Source of the DNA: a virus
Taxonomy: Duplodnaviria; Caudoviricetes
Strand: one strand, 5' to 3'
Virus record (IMG/VR): IMGVR_UViG_3300047375_000738
Length of the DNA: 64,000 bases
The notes beneath the pieces were generated by a model, which was given only the letters and a program-made list of their open reading frames with translations, had not been told where the DNA came from and ran no database searches. Positions 36,505 through 45,979 of the stretch are shown in pieces. Made by a program: the position numbers and the translations under genes. Each line of letters starts with the position of its first letter. The stretch's first letter is position 1.

Positions 36505-38550
36505 TTATTTACTTGTGGCTACAAAGATGCCATTCCAATCTGAAGGCAAATCCTGTGTTTTCATATATTCACAACGTTCAATCCACATATCGTAATACTT
36601 TTCCATCTTGTGATCAAAGTGTGTATACAACATCTTACACTTGTCTATAGCGTCATCAAAACGCTGCGCACGATAGTCTTCGTGCATTTGTTCATGTTTC
36701 TTCTGCGCACTACGCCATGCAGGATATGGCTTATCCAACACTGTGTAAATTTTAAGTCCTACACTTTTGCCTTTGACTTGCAAGTCATCTACTTTGAGGT
36801 AGAAGAAATCTGTTCTAGTTGCTTCGTATGTAGATTCTCCTACAAGTAACAAACACCCATACTCTTTACATTTGCTTTCTACTCTTGCTGCGGTGCTGAC
36901 AGCGTCTCCAAGGACATCATATGAATGACGTTTAGTACTTCCCATCTCACCAAGGTACCCCAGCCCTGTGTTGATGCCAGCGCCCATACCAACAGCAGGA
37001 CGACCATCAGGTATAATAACTTCTTCATTAAACTTCTCCACTGCTTTAAGCATGTCTAAGCCACACTGTACTGCTGTACGAGGATGGTTAGGATCATCTA
37101 TAGGCGCATTGTGTATGTGCATACTAGCATCGCCTATGTACTTGATTATCATTCCGTCTGACTCTAACACAGGTTCTGTAATAGCATCCATGTAGCCATT
37201 CATAATACGTGTGAGTCCTTGTACGTCATCTCCAAAACTTTCTCCTAGTGGTGTAAATCCACGCAAGTCTGAGAATACAATACTTACATTACGCTTAGTG
37301 CCCAGTTTAATAAGCTCTGGCGACTCCTGTAGTAGTCTAACCACTGTTGGTGATGCATAACCTTCGAATTGCTTTTTGATGGCTTGCTTTTGTAAGAACT
37401 CGTCGACGAACTTGACAATGTATCGTTTGAGCCCAACGAGCAAGATGAAAGCACTGATAACAGCGCCATCGATAAGAATATTTTGTGTATTGAAAACATA
37501 TATGCTCCCTCCTATAAACCCGCCCACGGACAACACAAAGAAGGCTATGCCTACAAATGTCCAACGGGCGAGTATGATTAACAAAACGCCGGCTGCAACT
37601 AGAGCTGCTAGTTCTGCCCACTGCTCTGCGTCTGGATGTCTGCTAATATTTGATTCATTAAACACTGTTCCTAGCATTGCTGCCTGTATTTCGTGTGGAA
37701 ATACACTGCCTGCTGCTGTTGCTAGTGGCTGTGTAAGCCCTGCTGCTGTTGGTCCTACAAACACTATACCGCCAGCAAAGTCATCTGGTAAGTCAACTGC
37801 GCTCACGCTTTTGCTGCGCTGACTCCAGTCTATCCATACTTCGCCTGTGGGGCTTGTTTGTATTATACCATATGCTGGTATGCGTAGTTTATCTACACCC
37901 ATAGGTGATAGTTTAATTTGGAAGCTAGGATCGCCTGCTAGTACACGTAGCACTTCCATAGTAACATTTGGATATAATGTACCACTAGATTCAACTACTA
38001 GAGGTATACGTCTAGTAACACCGTCTACTTCCGGCCAACTGTTTGTTATTCCACTACCTACTGCGTTGAATTCAATATCTGGTACATTTGCGATGATTCC
38101 TGGAACACTAGGAATAGTATAAAGAAAGTCGCTGTTAACAATAGTAGCGCCTGGATTGACTGGTTCATTTTTGTTGTCCTCCGCACCTAACATAGTAACT
38201 ATAACAGGTAATTGCTGCATTGTCAAGCCTAATGTAGCATCTTCACCTGACCTGTCTTCTTCCGACATCAATACATTGAAAACCACTAGTCCAGCGCCTC
38301 TGGCATATAAGTCCTCTATAAGGCTACCATAATCACCTCTCGGCCACGGCCATTGTCCGTAAGCCTCTAAACTTGGTTCATCGATGTTCACTGTGTAAAT
38401 GTTGTTTTCAACAGGTTGTTGATTTACAATAAGTGTATCAAAGTAGCGTAGTCGTATGCTTTCTATAAATGCTGGATTAAGATAGTATACATAACTCAGC
38501 ACACCTAATAATAAAACACTCCAAAGCGGGCTGAACAGTACTTTTCTCAT
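36505..38550 (-). CDS. Membrane class III adenylate cyclase with CHASE2 sensor domain
   Basis: CHASE2 (VNIDEPSLEAYGQWPWPR, DGVTRRIPL); three TMs; FSDLRGFT, KYIGDA, YDVLGDAVSTAARVES. Confidence 0.93.
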   Translation of the reverse strand: MRKVLFSPLWSVLLLGVLSYVYYLNPAFIESIRLRYFDTLIVNQQPVENNIYTVNIDEPSLEAYGQWPWPRGDYGSLIEDLYARGAGLVVFNVLMSEEDRSGEDATLGLTMQQLPVIVTMLGAEDNKNEPVNPGATIVNSDFLYTIPSVPGIIANVPDIEFNAVGSGITNSWPEVDGVTRRIPLVVESSGTLYPNVTMEVLRVLAGDPSFQIKLSPMGVDKLRIPAYGIIQTSPTGEVWIDWSQRSKSVSAVDLPDDFAGGIVFVGPTAAGLTQPLATAAGSVFPHEIQAAMLGTVFNESNISRHPDAEQWAELAALVAAGVLLIILARWTFVGIAFFVLSVGGFIGGSIYVFNTQNILIDGAVISAFILLVGLKRYIVKFVDEFLQKQAIKKQFEGYASPTVVRLLQESPELIKLGTKRNVSIVFSDLRGFTPLGESFGDDVQGLTRIMNGYMDAITEPVLESDGMIIKYIGDASMHIHNAPIDDPNHPRTAVQCGLDMLKAVEKFNEEVIIPDGRPAVGMGAGINTGLGYLGEMGSTKRHSYDVLGDAVSTAARVESKCKEYGCLLLVGESTYEATRTDFFYLKVDDLQVKGKSVGLKIYTVLDKPYPAWRSAQKKHEQMHEDYRAQRFDDAIDKCKMLYTHFDHKMEKYYDMWIERCEYMKTQDLPSDWNGIFVATSK

Positions 38551-38837
38551 TTTTTAATTCCTAACAACTTTGCTTTCATTGCGGCCGCAGAGGGCGACTC
38601 TTGTGGTTTGGATTCGGCACTCCCCGTTCGTACTCTACTACTGGGTTGTAGTTTGGAGGGTGCTTCTTGCGAAATCCCCGATGAGGTATTATTAAGCGTT
38701 TCTCTGACTCGGGCAATTCTTGCTTTGTGTTCTTGTTTGCGCTGGTGAAGGTAGGCTTCAAGTAATTTCTCCTGAAACTTTTCCTCCACCATATTTTCTA
38801 TATGTTCTTTGAACAACCATTCGCTTATCCATTTCAT
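38547..38837 (-). CDS. Hypothetical protein
   Basis: ORF track; coupled to neighbours. Confidence 0.55.
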   Translation of the reverse strand: MKWISEWLFKEHIENMVEEKFQEKLLEAYLHQRKQEHKARIARVRETLNNTSSGISQEAPSKLQPSSRVRTGSAESKPQESPSAAAMKAKLLGIKK

Positions 38838-38849
38838 ACAGTATTTATT

Positions 38850-40847
38850 TTAGAACTTCCAAGTAAACCCTGCGTTTACAGTTGTACTTGTATTATCGCC
38901 TGCTGTAATTCTGTTAACACCGGCTGCAATACCTATGTTTTCATTAATAGCATGATTTACACCTAAACCTATACGAGTTGTTCCTGCATCGTCAAAATCT
39001 CTAGCAATATTTGCTGTTACTATATCGTTGTCAATATTGATACCAATTGTAGGATAACGATATGTTTCGCTGTTGCCTGCATCTAGTAATGCTGCTTGAA
39101 CATCGCCAGTCTCAGCAAATGCATCGTGACTTTTTGTACCAATAGTATATCCAGCAAACGGACGAACTATACCAGTTGATTTTTCTACTGTAACTGTTGC
39201 CCATCTATCGCTTGAAGTAGTAGATCCCATTGCACTAAAGTCTCCAATAGTTCTATTGTACTCTAAGTCTGTGTTTGCAGCATTTACCTGTCCTCGAACT
39301 GTAATATCGCTGTCATCAATATGTTTACCTGCACTTAAACTTAATACTGTTGTAGACATGCTACCTGTACTACCTTCACCAGTTATATCTGTTGTAATAC
39401 GATTTATACCTAAACCAATAGTCATACTATTATCAGTCACAGCATTATGTCCTAATCCAAACACTCGAGACTCAGCACTATATCCGTTACTCATATCATG
39501 GTTAATACGTCCTGCTGTAAATCCATCACCTATACCTACGCTGCTATGTGGACGCAATGTTAACATTTGATCCATTTGATCCATACGTCCTGTAAATGCA
39601 CCTGGATCTGTAACGGTTACAACATCATCTGCTCTACTTGCTGTAGTGACTGTTGGTGTAGCGTCTGTAACAACTTCGCTACCATCACTCATTGTTGCTG
39701 TAGTTCTAACAAAACTAGTTGTAGTGATTGTCATTGGTGTTGTTACTGTTGTAGTTGTTTCTCTAGCAATAGTTTGTACACCTTCTGCTACACTGCTATC
39801 GTGTGTTGTTTGTGCTGCTGTAAGTACTGGCAACGCTGTATTAACTGCTTCACTACTGCTGGTAATAGTTTCTGTACTTGTACTAACTACTGTAGGTTCT
39901 GCTGCGCCATCTGCTGCGTCTGTAGCACTACCAACATCTTCTAATGTACCCCAACTACTGATGTCACCACCGCCACCTGCGCCTGCTGTAATAGCAGCAT
40001 CGGCAGCATCAAACGCACTTGGTCCAAATATGTATGCGTAACTTGCTGTAAGTATATCGCCTGTGCTTACATCGGCCCAGTTCCAACTTAGTCCAATAGT
40101 GTTGTCGCCTCTGTTTGTGTTTGACTCAGAGTCAAAAGAATTTTCTGTATAACCATCTGCCTCTGTTGACCAGCCTGTAATACCTGCATCAACATTAGAG
40201 TCTGTAGAATAAAGTCCTAACGCATAGCGTGATACTGTTGCTTCTGCAAATGCTACATTACTATCTGGAATAACACCATAACCTAATACGTTGTCTGTAG
40301 CACTTGTGTCGCCAGTTTCTGGCATAGCATCTGGATCAATAAAGCGTCCAAAACTTAGTGCGGTAGCATCACTGCCTGCTGTAATCTGTGTGCCGATCTC
40401 AATGTGTTCTGATGTAGCACCTAAAGTATATGTGTTTTCTATTTCCCAACCACTGTGTGCTGAATTTGTACCAGTCCAAGTAAGTGAATTATCACCGTTT
40501 GTTAAACCATCTGCATCTACCCAAGTACTTCCGCCTTGGTTATTATTTTTGCTGTTAGTACCATCTATCTTGATAGCAAAGCCATCAAACGGTGAACCTG
40601 GTGTTAGGTAGTCGCCTTGTGCGCTATCTGCTGGAAATGTGCCTGAACCTGTGCTGTCAAACTGTAGTCCTGGACGAGTGCTTCCTCCTGATCCAAAAGT
40701 ACCTGCGTCACCATTGACTCCGGCTTTTACATAACTGTTTTCAAGTATACCCATGCCTGTTGCTGTTGTACTCATGCTACTCGTATCTGCCAATGCAGTA
40801 GTACTAAGTAGTGCTGCCATTATACTGGCAATCGCTATTCTTTTCAT
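38850..40847 (-). CDS. Secreted/outer-membrane protein with Thr-rich stalk and C-terminal autotransporter-like beta-barrel
   Basis: Signal peptide; T/S-rich middle; alternating beta strands ending VNAGFTWKF (terminal Phe). Confidence 0.7.
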   Translation of the reverse strand: MKRIAIASIMAALLSTTALADTSSMSTTATGMGILENSYVKAGVNGDAGTFGSGGSTRPGLQFDSTGSGTFPADSAQGDYLTPGSPFDGFAIKIDGTNSKNNNQGGSTWVDADGLTNGDNSLTWTGTNSAHSGWEIENTYTLGATSEHIEIGTQITAGSDATALSFGRFIDPDAMPETGDTSATDNVLGYGVIPDSNVAFAEATVSRYALGLYSTDSNVDAGITGWSTEADGYTENSFDSESNTNRGDNTIGLSWNWADVSTGDILTASYAYIFGPSAFDAADAAITAGAGGGGDISSWGTLEDVGSATDAADGAAEPTVVSTSTETITSSSEAVNTALPVLTAAQTTHDSSVAEGVQTIARETTTTVTTPMTITTTSFVRTTATMSDGSEVVTDATPTVTTASRADDVVTVTDPGAFTGRMDQMDQMLTLRPHSSVGIGDGFTAGRINHDMSNGYSAESRVFGLGHNAVTDNSMTIGLGINRITTDITGEGSTGSMSTTVLSLSAGKHIDDSDITVRGQVNAANTDLEYNRTIGDFSAMGSTTSSDRWATVTVEKSTGIVRPFAGYTIGTKSHDAFAETGDVQAALLDAGNSETYRYPTIGINIDNDIVTANIARDFDDAGTTRIGLGVNHAINENIGIAAGVNRITAGDNTSTTVNAGFTWKF

Positions 40848-40901
40848 ATTTTACCCTCATTGTTTGGATGCCGGTTGCGCCCTCACGCCGCGGTCCACAC
40901 T

Positions 40902-41243
40902 CTATTTAAGCCTAATCTCTACTCCTAAAACTACGCCGATATCTTCACTTTCTATGCCTGGTGCTATAAACATTCTCATTTTACCTATGTCATATGTGCC
41001 TCTAATATAAGGAGTAAGCGAGCCATTGTTGTAGCCTGTTACAAATGCAGCTTCAAAACCAAAATTGTTTATTTCTTGTCGATGTCCTGCATATACGCTT
41101 AAATTTTCTACACTATTATAATAGGCGCCTGTAATAAATTTTTCATGTGTGTATCTTAGGTGTGGATGAAAAGCGTTATATTTTTCATCAAATCCAATAT
41201 GGCTACTGAGTCCTAAACTAATCGTTAGTGCTTCTAATATCAT
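40902..41243 (-). CDS. Small beta-barrel outer-membrane-like protein
   Basis: Amphipathic beta pattern, GAYYNS..N.S.YAG, C-terminal GVEIRLK. Confidence 0.5.
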   Translation of the reverse strand: MILEALTISLGLSSHIGFDEKYNAFHPHLRYTHEKFITGAYYNSVENLSVYAGHRQEINNFGFEAAFVTGYNNGSLTPYIRGTYDIGKMRMFIAPGIESEDIGVVLGVEIRLK

Positions 41244-41352
41244 CTTGCTTTTCCTCGTAATGAGTGTCTATTTTGGTTGTTAACTTTTCAGCAGCCCACC
41301 AACCAAATGCTGTAAAAAATCCTGCTATGAAAAATGTCAATACAGTTTCCAT
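41218..41352 (-). CDS. Small membrane protein (METVLTFFIAGFFTAFGWWAAEK...)
   Basis: Internal ATG of ORF 41218..41400. Confidence 0.55.
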   Translation of the reverse strand: METVLTFFIAGFFTAFGWWAAEKLTTKIDTHYEEKQDDIRSTND

Positions 41353-42188
41353 TAGTTGTGCTGCTGAACACTTACAACACACCCGTTTGGGTTTGTACAT
41401 ACACCACTTAGGCTAAATGATTTAGCAGAAGTGTCTGTTTGTTGACTAACTGTTACGTTATAGGCAGGACCATATATGCTTTCTACACTAATGTTTGCTG
41501 ATGCAGAATTCATTCCACGTTGGTTTAAATCAATTACATTGTAATTTCCTGACAACTCAATGTCAGCAGTTTTTTGTCCGCCATTGCCTTTCTGATAAGT
41601 TGTAACATCATTTCCAGTACCTGAAATATCAATGTCTAATAGATGCTTTTGATTTCCTCTTTGCGTCATTTCAACATCGTTGCTATTACCAGTAATTTCT
41701 GCGGTTAATTCATGCCTACCATAGCCTGAAGTTTGTTGATCAGTTTGTGCTGCTTTAATATCGTTATAATTTCCAGTAATTGTAACTGTAGCAGTGTGAT
41801 CACCGCCCTCTGCTAAGTCAATTGTACCATCAGCATGTTTACCTTGCCATATTACCAAGTCGTTGTTATCACCAGTAACTCGAGAAGTGATCATTCCACT
41901 ATCACCGCCGCCGCCTTGATAGAAATCTACATTATTGTTATCACCGTCTAACATTCCCTGGACGCCATGATACATACCTGTTTGTACCATATCAATCGTA
42001 TTGCCATCGCCTTCAATACCTTTAGTCTCACCAGGTATTCCACTGATATAATTTACATCCCCATCTTGAGTCAAGGTTAATGCATTATTGTCACCAACTT
42101 GGTATACATAAATTTCATTTGCATTACTAGTAGTCGTTTTGATTGATAGTAATATTGTTAGCGCCACCGACGCCCACTTGATATCCAT
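41352..42188 (-). CDS. Curlin-like repeat protein
   Basis: Signal peptide then NEIYVYQVGDNN; repeated Q.G..N / G..N units. Confidence 0.75.
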   Translation of the reverse strand: MDIKWASVALTILLSIKTTTSNANEIYVYQVGDNNALTLTQDGDVNYISGIPGETKGIEGDGNTIDMVQTGMYHGVQGMLDGDNNNVDFYQGGGGDSGMITSRVTGDNNDLVIWQGKHADGTIDLAEGGDHTATVTITGNYNDIKAAQTDQQTSGYGRHELTAEITGNSNDVEMTQRGNQKHLLDIDISGTGNDVTTYQKGNGGQKTADIELSGNYNVIDLNQRGMNSASANISVESIYGPAYNVTVSQQTDTSAKSFSLSGVCTNPNGCVVSVQQHN

Positions 42189-43269
42189 ATTTGTAAAATC
42201 CTCCCTGCACCATGTCAACACTATAACTATGACTTTGACTTAGTCTTAATTGAAAAAAGTGTTGATCGCCTTCTGCTCTCCTTACTATAAAATAAGGATA
42301 TTCTTCATCGTAAAATATATTTGTTTCTGGATCTAGTCCAAAAAACTTTTCTTGAAAAAATTGTATGTTTTGAGTTCCTAGCTCATCAAACCACTGTGCT
42401 AATATTTCAGCAAGTTGTTTTTCCATAGCATCTATAAACTCTGAATTTAGATAACTTGTATTATCTAAGTCTGTAACCCAGATGTTTTTAATTCCTTCTA
42501 CAAGCGGATCTTTATCAAGTTCGTCAAACTTTAAAAAATCAATATCTAACAAATTTGTGTTTGGATATTGCCTTACTATTTCCTCTGTGTAAGGAGAAAC
42601 TTTTCTTATGATTAACATTGCGGTAAGCATATCTTCTGGCAAGTTTAGTGTAATTGGTCTTTTAGGCACTGCTCCTGCGTGTGCTACAACTGTAGTTTGA
42701 AATGCTTGATTCATAATAACTGTGCCTGCGTCTGATTCTACTTCAATTTCGCCAACAACACACAGTCCTGCAACATCGCAACTAGGCAATAGTGTTACCA
42801 TACTACCGCCAATCTCGTCTATAATCATCATAAAATCTGTGCCACGCACGTTGATAGTTGCACTTGGTGTTCTAATGTTTACTCTTTGTCTGCTGTTTTT
42901 TGCAATTTGTCCACTAGCATAACGTACTGCACCTAGTGTTGCTTTCATTGACAATGCACCTTTTTGTGTAGCAGGATCGTATATAAACTCATCTATAGTC
43001 ATACGACTATTTTCTGTAACATCAACCCTAGTGTCATCAATAAAATCTAAACGTAATCGACCTTTGCCTGTTACAACATTGTCGTTCATTTGTAACCCAA
43101 GACCTACTTCGCCTGTGTATGCTTCTTTGTCTCGCTTGATTGTACTGCTGCCTTTAGATTCGGCAATCTCGCCAATAGGAGATGCTTTGGCCATATCTAC
43201 ATACGCCAGCGCAAAAAATATTATGTATAAAAGTCTAGTCGGTTTGTGTAATATCAACTGTGTTACCAT
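42127..43269 (-). CDS. FecR-domain protein
   Basis: IGEIAESKG...LQMNDNVVTGKG...FIDDTRV...RTPSATINVRGTDF. Confidence 0.85.
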   Translation of the reverse strand: MVTQLILHKPTRLLYIIFFALAYVDMAKASPIGEIAESKGSSTIKRDKEAYTGEVGLGLQMNDNVVTGKGRLRLDFIDDTRVDVTENSRMTIDEFIYDPATQKGALSMKATLGAVRYASGQIAKNSRQRVNIRTPSATINVRGTDFMMIIDEIGGSMVTLLPSCDVAGLCVVGEIEVESDAGTVIMNQAFQTTVVAHAGAVPKRPITLNLPEDMLTAMLIIRKVSPYTEEIVRQYPNTNLLDIDFLKFDELDKDPLVEGIKNIWVTDLDNTSYLNSEFIDAMEKQLAEILAQWFDELGTQNIQFFQEKFFGLDPETNIFYDEEYPYFIVRRAEGDQHFFQLRLSQSHSYSVDMVQGGFYKYGYQVGVGGANNITINQNDY

Positions 43270-43987
43270 CCCCAGTCGAAGTCATGTCTACCAAGTTGTC
43301 GTTGATGCCACTTTGTGTAATAGTGTATACACTGCCAGCGCCTGTAATGTCTAATGTTACAGTATGCCCTAAACTATCGCCGTTACCTGATATTGCTAAA
43401 TCAACAATGTTACCAGGTGAACTGGTAGTTAATGTGTTATCATTTGCACTTGTAATTGTTGATCCACTTCCTGTTGAAGCACTGTTATCAATTTCAATAG
43501 TAATGTTAGCATCAGTGCCATCTAAGTCCATGTCAACTAAGTTGTAGTCACCGTCTACTGTGAAGTTAATTGTAGCATCGCCAGCGTCATTGGTTTCGCC
43601 AATCTTGAAGTCAAACGTATTCAAGTCGCCTGTTGTAGTAATATTTAATGTTACACTATCGCAATTTCCGCCACCTGCTGTTGCTGCGCTATCACACAAT
43701 AAGTCAACATTGTTACTGTCTCCAGTAAACTGCCATGTACCTGTGTAGCTATCACCTGCAATAATTGCATCAATGGTATTAGTATCGCCAGTTTGTGTTA
43801 TACTAAACACCATGTTGTCGCCATAGAGGCCAGCGTCTGTAGTACTGTCTCCAATTTTGTTATCCTTGCCATCTTGTGAGATGTCCAAATCTAAACTATC
43901 GCCAATTTGTGTGATGTATATCTCGTTTGCATGTGCTGCACTTACGAGAACCCACGATAGTATAAAACTATATAATGCTGCCCTCAT
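43235..43987 (-). CDS. Curlin-like repeat protein
   Basis: Signal peptide MRAALYSF...AHA then NEIYITQIGDSL; repeated G..N units; start reassigned to 43987 (SD GAGGAG). Confidence 0.75.
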   Translation of the reverse strand: MRAALYSFILSWVLVSAAHANEIYITQIGDSLDLDISQDGKDNKIGDSTTDAGLYGDNMVFSITQTGDTNTIDAIIAGDSYTGTWQFTGDSNNVDLLCDSAATAGGGNCDSVTLNITTTGDLNTFDFKIGETNDAGDATINFTVDGDYNLVDMDLDGTDANITIEIDNSASTGSGSTITSANDNTLTTSSPGNIVDLAISGNGDSLGHTVTLDITGAGSVYTITQSGINDNLVDMTSTGDGNTVDITQTD

Positions 43988-44093
43988 TTTTGCTCCTCTG
44001 GGGTTTCCCCTAAATGTATTTACCTCGTGCCTCAACGAATAATAAATACACTTATATTTAGTGTAAATATATTTACAGATAAAGGCTATTATA

Positions 44094-44372
44094 ATGAAAA
44101 CTGCATACGTAATCAACGCTTTGAAACAAGCAGAACAAAAACACAAAGAACAAGAAGAATTCTGGAACTTGTTTAACGAGATTTGGTCTGATGAAGTGCC
44201 AAAACAATATTCTTTAAATGACGAAGTTGATCAATTACAGATTGATAAGATACAACGAGCGTTAGATGAAAACGATGGCAACAGAACTTATGCTGCAAAA
44301 TCACTCGGTATTAAAAGAGAAACACTATTAGCTAAAATGAAACGCTATTGTTTAAACTGCCACAAGTCTTGA
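44094..44372 (+). CDS. Fis/NtrC-type C-terminal HTH protein
   Basis: IQRALDENDGNRTYAAKSLGIKRETLLAKMKRY. Confidence 0.8.
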   Translation: MKTAYVINALKQAEQKHKEQEEFWNLFNEIWSDEVPKQYSLNDEVDQLQIDKIQRALDENDGNRTYAAKSLGIKRETLLAKMKRYCLNCHKS

Positions 44373-45127
44373 TTTGCACCTTGATAGATTAATTCAATGA
44401 CGCCTTGTTCAATTGCTTCACGCACTGCATAGTTTGTAGGTTCGTTAACACTATAACCTGTTTCAATTTCTAATGCCTTTGTGCCTAAGTCTAAGAATTT
44501 AAATACATCTGCTCCAGCACGATAACTTGCTATTGTTTTTTCTGATGCAACGCTAACTAGTACACGCCCTGTACTAACACTTACAATACGCATTGCTACG
44601 GTTACTGTGTCGACTCTGTATTCTGCTGCTGTTCCAATACCAAAGTATCTAGCGCCAGTGCCTCCTGTAGTAACATTTGAGTCATACCCAACTATACCGC
44701 CTTCGATAATTATACCAGCAAATTTCATTGGTGCTAACGGTGAAGCATTATCTTTTTCGTAGTTTTCTCTAGTGTTACGTATTAATTGACGCTCGCGAAT
44801 AATGTTGTCCATGCCCACACGTTCTACAACTTCAAACCATGTGCCGTTGCCTGCTTGTAACAATGCATCTATTACCCAAACTTCAGCGCCTTGTGTTACA
44901 GCACTTGACAGGTTAGCAACATTTTCTGCTGGCTTACGCTGCCCAGTTTTGTCTGTAAAACTATAAACAGCAATTGTCATCACAGGACCATTTAATGGCT
45001 TTAGTTCGTTAAGTTCTTCAACCATTGGATTATCTTGTATCTTTGCAGGGCTTTGTAGCTGTGCTGGAATATTTCCTGCGCTGCATCCTGCAAGCATTAA
45101 TGCTGTAATTAACAATAAATGTTTCAA
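44345..45127 (-). CDS. csgG: Curli secretion channel CsgG family lipoprotein
   Basis: Lipobox LAGC; IAVYSFTDKTGQRKP; WFEVVERVGMDNIIRERQLIR; GGIVGYD. Confidence 0.92.
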   Translation of the reverse strand: MKHLLLITALMLAGCSAGNIPAQLQSPAKIQDNPMVEELNELKPLNGPVMTIAVYSFTDKTGQRKPAENVANLSSAVTQGAEVWVIDALLQAGNGTWFEVVERVGMDNIIRERQLIRNTRENYEKDNASPLAPMKFAGIIIEGGIVGYDSNVTTGGTGARYFGIGTAAEYRVDTVTVAMRIVSVSTGRVLVSVASEKTIASYRAGADVFKFLDLGTKALEIETGYSVNEPTNYAVREAIEQGVIELIYQGANQDLWQFKQ

Positions 45128-45597
45128 AAGTTAAAGTCTCCTGCACCAGGAATAGTTATTTCTGTGTAGCCATCTTCGCCATCAATAATAAGTGTAATAC
45201 TACCATCAGTTTCATCTTTGGTCCATGTAATAGTAGAGCCTTCTACTTCGGTTGTACCAGTATTCGAACACGCTGGCTGGTCTTCTTCGCCACATGCTGC
45301 AAACATATTATCGACCATTTGTTTTGATAGTGTAGCGTAGATACGTGATTCTAAGTTACGTATAAACTTGTTTAGCACTGTGTTTTCTAGTTCACGCTCT
45401 AAACGATCAGCTTCACGTTGTGCTTCATCGTCAATGTCTTTTTGTCTATTAAACTGTAATTGCTCCATACTTAGTACATGAGCACTATACCCATTGCCAC
45501 TAAACGAAGGTGATTTAAAACTATGCACCAAATCGGCACTTGCTGCTGGTGCATAGTTTGTCATTATAAAAAAGATTATCAAGAATGTGTATCGCAT
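45124..45597 (-). CDS. csgF: Curli assembly protein CsgF family
   Basis: LVHSFKSPSFSGNG...EQ; NKFIRNLESRIYATLSKQ. Confidence 0.88.
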   Translation of the reverse strand: MRYTFLIIFFIMTNYAPAASADLVHSFKSPSFSGNGYSAHVLSMEQLQFNRQKDIDDEAQREADRLERELENTVLNKFIRNLESRIYATLSKQMVDNMFAACGEEDQPACSNTGTTEVEGSTITWTKDETDGSITLIIDGEDGYTEITIPGAGDFNF

Positions 45598-45601
45598 ACT
45601 A

Positions 45602-45739
45602 TTATTTATCTAGCAGGTCCTTGCGCTTGTTGAAAAACATATCCCAGAACATCCAGAACAATGCGCTAAGTTGTATTAGGATTGCACCAATACCTACTCC
45701 GACAAAAAAACAAAATGCTACGTGGATAAAAAGTTCCAT
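45602..45739 (-). CDS. Small membrane protein (45 aa)
   Basis: Hand-translated MELFIHVAFCFFVGVGIGAILIQLSALFW... Confidence 0.5.
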   Translation of the reverse strand: MELFIHVAFCFFVGVGIGAILIQLSALFWMFWDMFFNKRKDLLDK

Positions 45740-45885
45740 TACTTGCCTCCTGCATTAGCTTGTATGATTAACCAAAGCGGTCCGCATAGTGCAATAAGAG
45801 CACCAAGCACAACATCGCCTAGTGCAATAAAAGTAATACCTAAGATTGTACATATGATAGCGTAAATAAACATTCCTTGTGTCAT
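45739..45885 (-). CDS. Small membrane protein (48 aa)
   Basis: Hand-translated MTQGMFIYAIICTILGITFIALGDVVLGALIALCG...; TAATG coupling. Confidence 0.5.
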   Translation of the reverse strand: MTQGMFIYAIICTILGITFIALGDVVLGALIALCGPLWLIIQANAGGK

Positions 45886-45979
45886 AGCGTTTCTCCTTTG
45901 TGTTGCTATACATATAATATAGCATTAGAGCCGCAAGGATACAACCTAGCAAAAGTAGGGGTTTTGGTATAATAAGTTT

